Shown piece by piece: positions 8,950 to 18,266 of a stretch of 64,000 nt of DNA (position 1 is its first letter; every line of letters begins with the position of its first letter). Origin of the DNA: Candidatus Helarchaeota archaeon (GTDB lineage: Archaea > Asgardarchaeota > Lokiarchaeia > Helarchaeales > RDOG01); assembly GCA_019058315.1 (NCBI GenBank), contig JAHPZH010000001.1:96001-160000 (forward strand), read 5' to 3'. A program made the position numbers and the translations under genes. The notes under the pieces are model-generated. The model was not told the origin of the DNA and searched no databases. It was given only the letters and a program-made list of their open reading frames with translations.

Positions 8950-10023
8950 ATGCGAGTAATTATAGATTCGTCGGTAATTGAATCATGTAAGCAAACAATT
9001 CAAGAATGTTATGGTGAAAAAGCGTTTAAAGAAGTAGGGGGGTATATTTTAGGAATGTTTGACGGCGAAAATTTCCAAGTTAAATCCCTTTATCTTGATA
9101 AATATGCTGAATCGACTTCTATCAGAATTAAACTAAGCGTTGATGCATTCCATGAAGTTGAGGAAATACTTTCCCAATCTCCTGAAATGATGTATATTGG
9201 GACATGGCATGTTCATCCTGGGACAGATAAACCCGCATACTCAAATGTTGATGTTTCAACTCTATTTTTAGAACGGGTAATTATAGACACAGATAATCCT
9301 GAAAGTTTGAAATGCCCAAAGATTCATATAATTTTTAATAATTCTCTAACTGAATATAGTTGTTATACTATGGATATATTTTTTAATTTTTTATGCGAAC
9401 CTCTTGATTCATCTGTTGCCAAAAATTTAGTTGAAGCTGAATTGCTTGAAATTGGGCTAGATGCCCTTACGGAATCTAAAACCTTGCTAAAACTAGAAAC
9501 TCTTGAAAGTTATATCAATTTACAAAAAAATATCGAAGAAGTGTATAATAATCTCGATTTAATTTCTGACCAAATCAATTTTGCACTTGACTTTTTTAAT
9601 GAACTTGAATGGTATAATAAAGTTGAAAATAAAATCGAAAAAATAATTAAGAATGAGATTAAAAATGGAGAAAGAATTGGAGTAATCTCTTCTGAAAACG
9701 AGAAAAAAATCGAAAGCTTGAAATATAGACCTAAGAATATAAAAAATTCATATACAGATGGATCTTTAGTAGGTTTTTGGGTATTATTTCCATACGAAAG
9801 TATCAGCGATATGTTTTTGAAAATTTTTTATGCTAATTTCTTCAAAAAAATTGAGACTGAACCTGGAGATGTCTTCTTATTCTTCCTAGTTCAAAAAATT
9901 AAGGAAGAAATCATGATTAAACCGTTTTTTTTAAATTTCACATCATTTGAAGGAATATCATATATAGAATTAGAAATGACTTTGATTGAGGATGACAATG
10001 AAAATAATGTTTCAGAATCCTGA
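8950..10023 (+). CDS. JAB/MPN+ (JAMM) metalloprotease with C-terminal extension
   Basis: EVGGYILG and GTWHVHPGTDKPAYSNVD (E...HxH...S..D). Confidence 0.85.
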   Translation: MRVIIDSSVIESCKQTIQECYGEKAFKEVGGYILGMFDGENFQVKSLYLDKYAESTSIRIKLSVDAFHEVEEILSQSPEMMYIGTWHVHPGTDKPAYSNVDVSTLFLERVIIDTDNPESLKCPKIHIIFNNSLTEYSCYTMDIFFNFLCEPLDSSVAKNLVEAELLEIGLDALTESKTLLKLETLESYINLQKNIEEVYNNLDLISDQINFALDFFNELEWYNKVENKIEKIIKNEIKNGERIGVISSENEKKIESLKYRPKNIKNSYTDGSLVGFWVLFPYESISDMFLKIFYANFFKKIETEPGDVFLFFLVQKIKEEIMIKPFFLNFTSFEGISYIELEMTLIEDDNENNVSES

Positions 10024-11077
10024 TACGGGTGAAACAATATATATCGAGGATGAGGAGCTTCTTATCAGAGATATTGCCAATAAAATAATGAAAGAATACA
10101 ATCTAGAAAAACCACCAATCTTCTTCACCCTTATGAAAGAAGACCCAGTATCAGAAACTTATCTAGAAGAAGATGATAAATTAAAAACAATTAATGAAGA
10201 AAAATTGGATGTAAAGACACCAATATGGTGGCGATCGTCAGAAATTGATCTAGATTTAATTTATAAACTTCGAACAGAACGCTATGATAGATCGGGTTAT
10301 GAGCTAGAAAAAATCGGAAAAACCAAGGTATTAATTGCAGGTGTGGGATTATTAGGAGCGGATATTGCGTTTGATTGCGCAGTTTTAGGAATAAAGGACC
10401 TTACAATAATTGATTATGGGTCTGTAGATTGGTTTAATATCTATCGACAAAGTCTCTATTCCAAAAAAGATGTATTTAAATCGAAAGTTGAAGTGGCAAA
10501 AGAAAATCTCGAGGATATGGGGGGTGTAAATGTTAAATCATTAAAAATTGAGATTCCAAGTTTTATTTATCTGCCAGAAGATAAAAGTATAATACAAAAT
10601 TCCATTTTAAAAATTGAGCCTGAAGTTAAAAAATGTGATATAATAATTACTGCTCTTGATACATTCAGCGCTAGAATGATAATGCAAACTTTAGCTTTAG
10701 CAAATGATAAAATCCTTATTAATACGGCGGCTGGTCTAGTAGGTGGGGTAGTTCAATTAGTGAGAATTAAGCAAAATGATCCTTGCTTGGCATGTGGTAT
10801 TTATTTTGATAGAAATCAAGATGTGGGTGCGTGCACTTTGGCATCGTTTGGTACTCCTAAAATCATATCTGGAATTACAATGGAAATTTTGACAAATCTG
10901 ATTGAAGAAAGAGAAATCAAATATAACCATTTTAAATATATTCCCCAAACTTACCAAATAGAACAAAGTAATTTTATAAAAGGCAAAGAGTTCTGTGATT
11001 TTTGCGATAGGGAGAAAGGAATTATATTTAAATATAAAAATGGAGAAAAAAAAGCCCTAATTGATTGGTTATATTGA
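9998..11077 (+). CDS. E1-like (ThiF/MoeB) adenylating enzyme with N-terminal Ubl-like domain
   Basis: GVGLLG, DYGSVDWFNIYRQ, SKVEVAK, DTFSAR, two Zn CxxC motifs (PCLAC, FCDFC) and a candidate catalytic Cys (VGACTL). Overlaps the JAB gene. Confidence 0.88.
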   Translation: MKIMFQNPDTGETIYIEDEELLIRDIANKIMKEYNLEKPPIFFTLMKEDPVSETYLEEDDKLKTINEEKLDVKTPIWWRSSEIDLDLIYKLRTERYDRSGYELEKIGKTKVLIAGVGLLGADIAFDCAVLGIKDLTIIDYGSVDWFNIYRQSLYSKKDVFKSKVEVAKENLEDMGGVNVKSLKIEIPSFIYLPEDKSIIQNSILKIEPEVKKCDIIITALDTFSARMIMQTLALANDKILINTAAGLVGGVVQLVRIKQNDPCLACGIYFDRNQDVGACTLASFGTPKIISGITMEILTNLIEEREIKYNHFKYIPQTYQIEQSNFIKGKEFCDFCDREKGIIFKYKNGEKKALIDWLY

Positions 11078-11214
11078 TTTATATGAAAATTTATTTATTT
11101 AAAGATAAATAATAACATTTTTTAATATAATTTTTAATGTAAAAGCACGCATTAATTTATTATTGTCATACTAAATTAGTTTCAAGATTTCAAATAAATA
11201 GGAGAAAAATTAAG

Positions 11215-12060
11215 ATGGTTGAAATTACATTAACCCCTAAAAAAGATGCATTCTCTTCAAAAATTCCTCTTGAAGCAGAAATTATTACAACAGATAATCT
11301 CGCTGGAAAATCTATTGAGGAAATAAAAAAACTGCCAGTATGGAAAGGAAATCGTGAAAAAAATCTAGGAGAATTTTTCGATGTAAAAGGAGGAAAAGCA
11401 GATGCTCCAGCAGATATAAAAATAATCATCGATGGTGATATTCCGATGGTAAAAGGGATTGGAACAAAGATGACTGCTGGTGAAATAGTTGTCAAAGGTA
11501 AAGCAGGAATGCACACAGCAGATCTATTAAATGGTGGAAAAATCACAGTGGAAGGAGACGTAGATGACTTCTGCGGCTCTGAGATGAAAAAGGGAGAATT
11601 TATTGTGAATGGAAATGCAGGAAATTACTTTATCGCAGCAGCTAGGGGTAATTGGCAAGGTATGACTGGTGGAAAAGTTGTAGTTAATGGCAGTGTTGGT
11701 TCTGAAATGGCTGCTTGGGTTCGTGGTAAGACGACCCGGATAGAAATCAATGGAAATGTTAAAGGTTTTGCGGCTGTTCATATGCACGGAGGATTGCTTA
11801 TCATAAATGGAGATGTTTTAGATAGATTAGGAGCTGAAATGGCAAGGGGAATTATTATAGTTAATGGAAAATTGGAATCTATTCTACCATCATTTAAATA
11901 TTCAGGGGAAGTGCAAGAGATAGAAGTGAATGAAACTGAAAAAATTACTGGAAAGTATTTACAATTCAATGGTGATTACGCCCAATTAGGTGTAAAATCA
12001 AAATATTTTGGTAGAATTTTCCTCGCTGCGGATAAGAATAAACATTTAATTCCAAAATAA
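11215..12060 (+). CDS. fwdC: formylmethanofuran dehydrogenase subunit C
   Basis: PLEAEIIT...VWKGNR..LGEFFDV, GxGxxMxxG beta-helix repeats, ILPSF. Confidence 0.9.
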   Translation: MVEITLTPKKDAFSSKIPLEAEIITTDNLAGKSIEEIKKLPVWKGNREKNLGEFFDVKGGKADAPADIKIIIDGDIPMVKGIGTKMTAGEIVVKGKAGMHTADLLNGGKITVEGDVDDFCGSEMKKGEFIVNGNAGNYFIAAARGNWQGMTGGKVVVNGSVGSEMAAWVRGKTTRIEINGNVKGFAAVHMHGGLLIINGDVLDRLGAEMARGIIIVNGKLESILPSFKYSGEVQEIEVNETEKITGKYLQFNGDYAQLGVKSKYFGRIFLAADKNKHLIPK

Positions 12061-12145
12061 TTTGCTTTTTTTATAAAATATTATAAATAAAATTAACTTA
12101 ATTATAGTTTAAATATTCTAATTAATTAAAACGGTAGTTAATTTT

Positions 12146-13312
12146 ATGCCAAAACCTGAAAATTGGATACTTATAAAGGTCCACGCTAATACAAAATTAG
12201 ATATTCCAAAGACAAAAATTCCACATCATAAAACTTGCGGGTTTCTTTCAAGAAGATTAAAAAATTTGTTAATGGATTCATTTGCATATGCATTTATTTC
12301 AGCAATAAATGAACCATATTTTAAAGTAGCAATAGGAAAATCTGATGAAGCTTTTGAAAAAAGGTTTTTAAATGTAATCAAGCGAACCTTTTTGAAAGAG
12401 CTAGTATTAGAGGTCTTTAGAAAGGGTGGTTTGGGATATGGTAAAAAAGGATACTTAGAACCACTTCCTTATTCAAAGCCCTACTGGGAGTATGACTTCG
12501 TAAATGCTAAAAGATTCGATGTTGATGGTAATCTAAAGGGTTTTATTGATGTAAAAGTTATTTATATTAATTACTCTTCTGAAAAAAACGTTACAATTGA
12601 AGAATTAGACACCACAAAAATAAAAAGATCGAAAAAAGCTTCAAAAGATGCTCCAGATATATCGCATCCTTTAGGAATATTGCTTGAAGCACCATGGCGT
12701 CATTATTATAAACTAATTGAACAAACTAAAAGAAAGAATGGTGACAAATTAGAGGTTCCATTCGAAATTCTATTCGTTTTAGCACCTTGGTTTGATCAAA
12801 CAGTTGAAGGTGAAATTTTAGATTTATTAGAAGAATATGTGCACCTTGATCATTCTAAAAAATCATTACCTATTCCTTCACAAGTACCTAAATTAATCGA
12901 GAGATATTTCCCTCTTGTTGAAGAAAGACCAGCGAGTTCCGATTGGATTTTGGAAAACTGGAATAAAATTTATGATGTTATTGGTTATGAGGCCGAGAGA
13001 TCTATTAAAGATTTAGAAGGATTTTGGTTATGGGTTTTGGGTGTTGTCGACAAAGGAAAAGCAAAAAAATTCGTGAATGTATACTACGATGATCAAATAA
13101 TGATGAACATTGAAGGAAAAGATACTGCGATCTGGAGCTCTGTGGTTCCCCCACCATATCCGCGAATTTATTCTTCTTATCTTAAAAAGAAAGAAGCTGG
13201 AGAAGACGTATCTCCTCCTGATATCGATCCGGATCATCCAGATTATAATTTGAATAACCATGCAATCGATGTTTTTTCAGATGATGTAAAACCAATAACA
13301 GATTATATTTAG
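12146..13312 (+). CDS. hypothetical protein
   Basis: 388-aa ORF with normal composition; no family recognised. Confidence 0.6.
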   Translation: MPKPENWILIKVHANTKLDIPKTKIPHHKTCGFLSRRLKNLLMDSFAYAFISAINEPYFKVAIGKSDEAFEKRFLNVIKRTFLKELVLEVFRKGGLGYGKKGYLEPLPYSKPYWEYDFVNAKRFDVDGNLKGFIDVKVIYINYSSEKNVTIEELDTTKIKRSKKASKDAPDISHPLGILLEAPWRHYYKLIEQTKRKNGDKLEVPFEILFVLAPWFDQTVEGEILDLLEEYVHLDHSKKSLPIPSQVPKLIERYFPLVEERPASSDWILENWNKIYDVIGYEAERSIKDLEGFWLWVLGVVDKGKAKKFVNVYYDDQIMMNIEGKDTAIWSSVVPPPYPRIYSSYLKKKEAGEDVSPPDIDPDHPDYNLNNHAIDVFSDDVKPITDYI

Positions 13313-13344
13313 ATTTTACATTCTTTTTTATTTTTTTAATTGAT

Positions 13345-14346
13345 TTAACATAGCTTATATGCTGAAATTACAACTTCTAGAGCTTTTTTACCATCTATAG
13401 CATTTGCAACTGGTTCTTTATTTTCTAAAATACATTCAACAAAATGGTCTGTCATTTTTTTCTTAACATTTTCCATAAACATATCTGGTTTTAGTGACTG
13501 AACTAATTCATTTCTTTTTAATTTCTTTGGAAAAAATTCGATTTTGGGTTCAGATTTATAATTCAATGCTTGTAAACTTATTATACCATTGAATCCATGG
13601 ACCTCGATAATATTAGATGGAAGATCACACCAACTTGTTTCAAGCTCGCATATAATACCGCTCTTAAATTTAAAAACTACACTTGCGACATCTTCCCAAG
13701 TCATTTCTTTACAGAAAGTTCCCATAGAGGCTCCTGTCAGCTCTGAGATATCACCAAACAACCATATTAATGTATCAATATGATGAATTCCTAAATCCAA
13801 TAAGACTCCTCCCCCAGCTTTTACTTTATCAAAGAACCATCTATCTTTACTGCTTGCTCTCCAAGAAGTATAAGGTCCTTTATGAGAAAATCTTGCCCTT
13901 ACAAATGAAATTTCTCCCAGAACTTCTTTATCAATAATTTCTTTTAAAATTTGATATGCAGTCCAAAACCTCTGATGAGCTGCATACATAAATATTATTT
14001 TTGCCTTATTTACAGCAGCTATTATCTTATTTGCATCTTCAAGATTTGTGGTTAATGGCTTTTCACAAAAAACATGTTTCCTTGCTTCTGCTGCAGCTAT
14101 AGCCATTTCAGCATGTAAGTAATTTGGCGTACAAATAACAACAGCATCAATATCTTCCTTTTCAAACATTGTATTATAGTCTGTATAATATGATGTCATT
14201 TCAAACTTTTTAGCAAATTTTTCTGCATGTTCTTTAGTACGTGATGTCACACTAACTAGTTCAACATTTGGATTCTGATTAAAAAGTCCAGTATTTTCGT
14301 AAGCAACTGCACCGGCCCCTAAAATTCCAAAACGAATCTTTTTCAA
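13345..14346 (-). CDS. Gfo/Idh/MocA family oxidoreductase
   Basis: GILGAG, ICTPNYLH, HVFCEKP, GGGVLLDLGIHHID. The TTG start follows GGTGA. Confidence 0.92.
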   Translation of the reverse strand: MKKIRFGILGAGAVAYENTGLFNQNPNVELVSVTSRTKEHAEKFAKKFEMTSYYTDYNTMFEKEDIDAVVICTPNYLHAEMAIAAAEARKHVFCEKPLTTNLEDANKIIAAVNKAKIIFMYAAHQRFWTAYQILKEIIDKEVLGEISFVRARFSHKGPYTSWRASSKDRWFFDKVKAGGGVLLDLGIHHIDTLIWLFGDISELTGASMGTFCKEMTWEDVASVVFKFKSGIICELETSWCDLPSNIIEVHGFNGIISLQALNYKSEPKIEFFPKKLKRNELVQSLKPDMFMENVKKKMTDHFVECILENKEPVANAIDGKKALEVVISAYKLC

Positions 14347-14497
14347 AATAAATATCACCGATTATTAAATTAAATTAGATCATTTCAACAAATTCAGTAA
14401 AATTTTACATTAATTAATGTTAAATAAGACTAATCTATACTAATTTAATTCTAAGTATATTATAATTCCCAAATTATCAAAGTTTTAAGGCGTTAAT

Positions 14498-16000
14498 TTG
14501 AAAAGTTATGACGTAATTATCATTCATCCACCAAGAGTAATGGAACCAGATTATGGTAAGCACACAAAATTTGTTCGAAGTACATATATTTTTATTCCAA
14601 TGGGTGTTTTTGCAATTGCTGACTTTCTTGAGAGGGAAGGGTTTGGAGTTAAAATTATTAATTATCCTTTAGAGCAATATTTAAACCGGAAATGGTCTTT
14701 GGCTGAGTTTCTTAAAAAAATTAATTTTAAGGTATGTGGAATAGATTTACATTGGATCCACAACGCACATGGAGTCATTGAAACTGCAAAGATTGTGAAA
14801 GAGGTAAATCCTAATGCTAAAGTGGTTTTCGGAGGTTTTAGCGCTTCTTATTATCATGATCAATTATTGAAATACTATAAAAATATTGATGCAGTAATTA
14901 GAGGAGAAGGTGAAATTCCTCTTTTGAATTACGTTCGTAATACTAATAAAAATCATGATTTAGATTCTGTGGCTAATTTATCTTATCGAAATGCCTCTAA
15001 TCACATCAAAATTAATCCTATTTCTTATGTAGCAAAATCATTGAATGAATTCAATTTTACTAATGTAAATCTCTTAGAGAATGCAAAAAAATATTTCGAG
15101 TATAGTAGAAGAATTATGGGAATTTCTCTTAATCTACCCATAGCTAGAGGATGTCCCTTCAATTGTCCTTGTTGTGCAGGAGGGCAAAGGGCTCAACAAA
15201 AATTATCGGGACGGGATAAGGTAATTTTCAGAAACCCAGAAAAAGTAATAGAAGATATCCACAATATCTTGGATAAATATAACATCCCTAGCGTTTTTTT
15301 TGGACATGGTACCTATCCCACAAATTTGAAATATTGGAAAAATCTTTTTAAATTGATTCGTAAGGAAAAGTTCGATATTAGCGGTGATTTGGAAATATGG
15401 AGGCTGCCATATCCCAAAGATATGTGGGAATTGTTTTATAAGACCTTCACTCGTAGACATTCATCGATTAGTATTTCTCCTCGAACTATGTCTACAAATG
15501 TACATAATAAGGTTGCAAAAATCTGTGATCCTACTTTTCAATTTCCTAAAAATCAAATTCAAGATTTAATAAAAAATGCAAATTTATTCAGAATGACTCT
15601 AAGAATATGGTTAACAATAGGTTATCCATTTCAAACCCGTAGAGATGTTCTTAAAGATTATTTATTTACAATAAAATGTCTCATAAAATATGGAAGTTCC
15701 AATTTCAAACCAATTACTATTATGAGTGAACCATATTATATTTTTCCTGGTTCACCTGCTCATGAGGATCCCAAAAGTTTTGGAATCAAATTAGATTATA
15801 ATTCCTTTCCACAAATAGTTGATGCATTTAAAAGAATAAAAGTAACATATACAAATAGAGTTTTAAACTATGAAACTAAGTATTTTTCGAAAACCACAAA
15901 TCTTATAATAAATGATCTATTATTTTTAACTGCTGCACCCATGTTTTTAACGAGAGGTGCGAAATATCCCAAAGAAAAAGATGTAACTATTTTTAAGTAA
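14498..16000 (+). CDS. cobalamin-binding radical SAM protein (class B methyltransferase-like)
   Basis: N-terminal B12-binding domain (PMGV, GIDLHW, VVFGGFSAS, IRGEGE) and ARGCPFNCPCC. Confidence 0.85.
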   Translation: MKSYDVIIIHPPRVMEPDYGKHTKFVRSTYIFIPMGVFAIADFLEREGFGVKIINYPLEQYLNRKWSLAEFLKKINFKVCGIDLHWIHNAHGVIETAKIVKEVNPNAKVVFGGFSASYYHDQLLKYYKNIDAVIRGEGEIPLLNYVRNTNKNHDLDSVANLSYRNASNHIKINPISYVAKSLNEFNFTNVNLLENAKKYFEYSRRIMGISLNLPIARGCPFNCPCCAGGQRAQQKLSGRDKVIFRNPEKVIEDIHNILDKYNIPSVFFGHGTYPTNLKYWKNLFKLIRKEKFDISGDLEIWRLPYPKDMWELFYKTFTRRHSSISISPRTMSTNVHNKVAKICDPTFQFPKNQIQDLIKNANLFRMTLRIWLTIGYPFQTRRDVLKDYLFTIKCLIKYGSSNFKPITIMSEPYYIFPGSPAHEDPKSFGIKLDYNSFPQIVDAFKRIKVTYTNRVLNYETKYFSKTTNLIINDLLFLTAAPMFLTRGAKYPKEKDVTIFK

Positions 16001-16139
16001 AATTTTTTCGTCAATTTTAATCTTTTTTGAATGATTAACGATTTTATTGATAAGTTTTTTAATAATTTCAATTCATTTTAGAAATTTTTATATATTATTT
16101 GCTTGATTGTAATTAAAGTAAAAATTTTGGAGATAACTC

Positions 16140-16715
16140 TTGAAAGACAATAGCTTTTCTAAATTATTTGTATTAAGCTTCATAATATTTATTTTTAGTT
16201 CTTTAATGCTCCCAATTATCAAATATTTTATTGATATCATCGCTGAAATGTTATTTGTATTCCAATATAAATTCTTTTATCAATTTCATATCAACTTTAA
16301 TTTATTATTATTCGAAGAAATTCTTCCCTATTTGATTTTAGCTTGGTTAATTAGTGAAATGTTCATTTGTCCTTGTATAATTAAAGCAAGACTCTCCAAG
16401 AGATTCAAAAATTTTATTTTAAGTTATATAATGAAGAAAAAATTTGACCATTTCGAATTTAATTCAATAAAATATGAAAATAAAAGGAAGCAATCCAAAG
16501 AGAAGAAAACTAGTGATGAAATATATGTTCATTTTACTCCTAAATTAGGAAAAAATGAATCCCATTTTAATCAAGAGAGAATAAAATATAATAATAATCC
16601 TCCTGATTATAATATTTCAAATTTTTTAAGAAAATTTTCAAATATCTTTAATATTTTTTTATTATTTTTTTCAAATTTTTTTTCAAACCTATGTTCACTA
16701 TGGAGGGGGAAATAA
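16140..16715 (+). CDS. hypothetical membrane protein
   Basis: GGAG SD before TTG, two hydrophobic N-terminal segments, low complexity. Confidence 0.4.
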   Translation: MKDNSFSKLFVLSFIIFIFSSLMLPIIKYFIDIIAEMLFVFQYKFFYQFHINFNLLLFEEILPYLILAWLISEMFICPCIIKARLSKRFKNFILSYIMKKKFDHFEFNSIKYENKRKQSKEKKTSDEIYVHFTPKLGKNESHFNQERIKYNNNPPDYNISNFLRKFSNIFNIFLLFFSNFFSNLCSLWRGK

Positions 16716-16838
16716 TCGTTTGAACTCATTTTTTAACTATACTTTAAATGGAAATAATTTCTATTTTTTGGTTTCTTTACTATTAAACTTTCAAATATCT
16801 ATTTATTTTAAAAAATTAACAAAAGAAGGTGAGAAAAA

Positions 16839-18242
16839 TTGGATTGGAAACCCGAAATAAATGAATTATATGAAAAAGTAACAAGTCAAGTACCAGAAGC
16901 ATTTCGAGATGCTGTAAAACCAATGCTTAGGCAAGCTGCAGAGAAAGCTGCGATACTCCGTAATTCTGCCTATGTAAGCGAAGATGATTTACTGTCATCT
17001 CTATTTGATATTACACCAGAGGCATTTAAACCAACGGTTGTATCAGATTTGGAAAATTTAGGAATTGCTACAGGAAAATATATTGAACTATCAGAGATAA
17101 GAAAAGACTATTCACGCACTTGGGATGAGATTAGTGGAGCATTTCTACCAGGGGTGTATCATTTTACTATGTTTTTAACTGATAGATGTAATCAGAAATG
17201 TATGCATTGTGCTGCTGAAAATCCTATACATCGTCCCGAACTCTCAACTGAACAATGGATTCAAATTATAGAAAATGTTGAACAGACCCTTAGAAAACGT
17301 GGTAGAAGGGGTTGCTATATATGGTTTGGTGGTGATCCAACTTTACGTAAAGATTTGAAAGATCTTATAAAATACTGTGGGGAAAAAGGTTATTACCAAG
17401 CAGTTTCAACTAATGGAATGCTATTTACAGAAGAACTTGCAAAACTTTGTGCAGAAGTTAAAATGTCACATGTTTTTATTAGCTTTGATAGTGTTTATCC
17501 TGAAAGAGCTGCAAAGATAAGAGGAGTTCCAAAAGCTTACGAGGCAGCAGAAAAAGCTATTAAATTAGCACTGAAATATGGCCATTTTGTAATTTGTACA
17601 GCAACAGTACAAAAAACCAATTTTGACGAACTTGATGAAATAAAACAACTCATGGAGAGTTGGGGTGTAATCCCTTATTTCAGAGCCGTTATAAAACAGA
17701 GAAGTGCTGCAGTAAACTGGGATGAGATTGGACTAAGTCATGAGGAATATAAAAAGTTCTATGAATTTAAATATAAACATGTTGTTGAGGCTATTAGAAA
17801 AGGTGAGGGTTCATCTCTCAATAAATTCTATACTTATGATATGGTTCCTTTTATGGAATGTCCAATAAATATAAAAGAACTTACTGCACTTGAATGGGGA
17901 GTTGGTTGTCAAGCATGTCGGTCAGTTTCGGGTATAGATATAAATGGAGATTTTTTTCCATGTGATTATCCTTCAGAATTAACTCTTGGAAACGTATTAA
18001 AACAACCCTTCGATGAAATAATGGAATCTCAGCTTTTTAAGGATATAAGAGATAGAAAAAGAATCGGCAAATGCGCATCATGTCACCATCTCGAATTGTG
18101 TGGAGGAGGTTGTCGAGTACATGCAGAATGTGAGACTGGAGATTTTTTTGAATCATTTCCGTATTGTTGGCATGAAATGGATCATAAACATGAAGAAATT
18201 GCTGAAGTTCCTAAAGAAAAAGAGATACCCGCAAGTAAATAA
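16839..18242 (+). CDS. radical SAM/SPASM protein with N-terminal PCP_red/DUF2621-like helical domain
   Basis: CNQKCMHC, FGGDP, SPASM cysteines (CQAC...PC...KCASC....CGGGCR...YC). Confidence 0.9.
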   Translation: MDWKPEINELYEKVTSQVPEAFRDAVKPMLRQAAEKAAILRNSAYVSEDDLLSSLFDITPEAFKPTVVSDLENLGIATGKYIELSEIRKDYSRTWDEISGAFLPGVYHFTMFLTDRCNQKCMHCAAENPIHRPELSTEQWIQIIENVEQTLRKRGRRGCYIWFGGDPTLRKDLKDLIKYCGEKGYYQAVSTNGMLFTEELAKLCAEVKMSHVFISFDSVYPERAAKIRGVPKAYEAAEKAIKLALKYGHFVICTATVQKTNFDELDEIKQLMESWGVIPYFRAVIKQRSAAVNWDEIGLSHEEYKKFYEFKYKHVVEAIRKGEGSSLNKFYTYDMVPFMECPINIKELTALEWGVGCQACRSVSGIDINGDFFPCDYPSELTLGNVLKQPFDEIMESQLFKDIRDRKRIGKCASCHHLELCGGGCRVHAECETGDFFESFPYCWHEMDHKHEEIAEVPKEKEIPASK

Positions 18243-18266
18243 TTTAAATGAATATGGTGTAAATTC

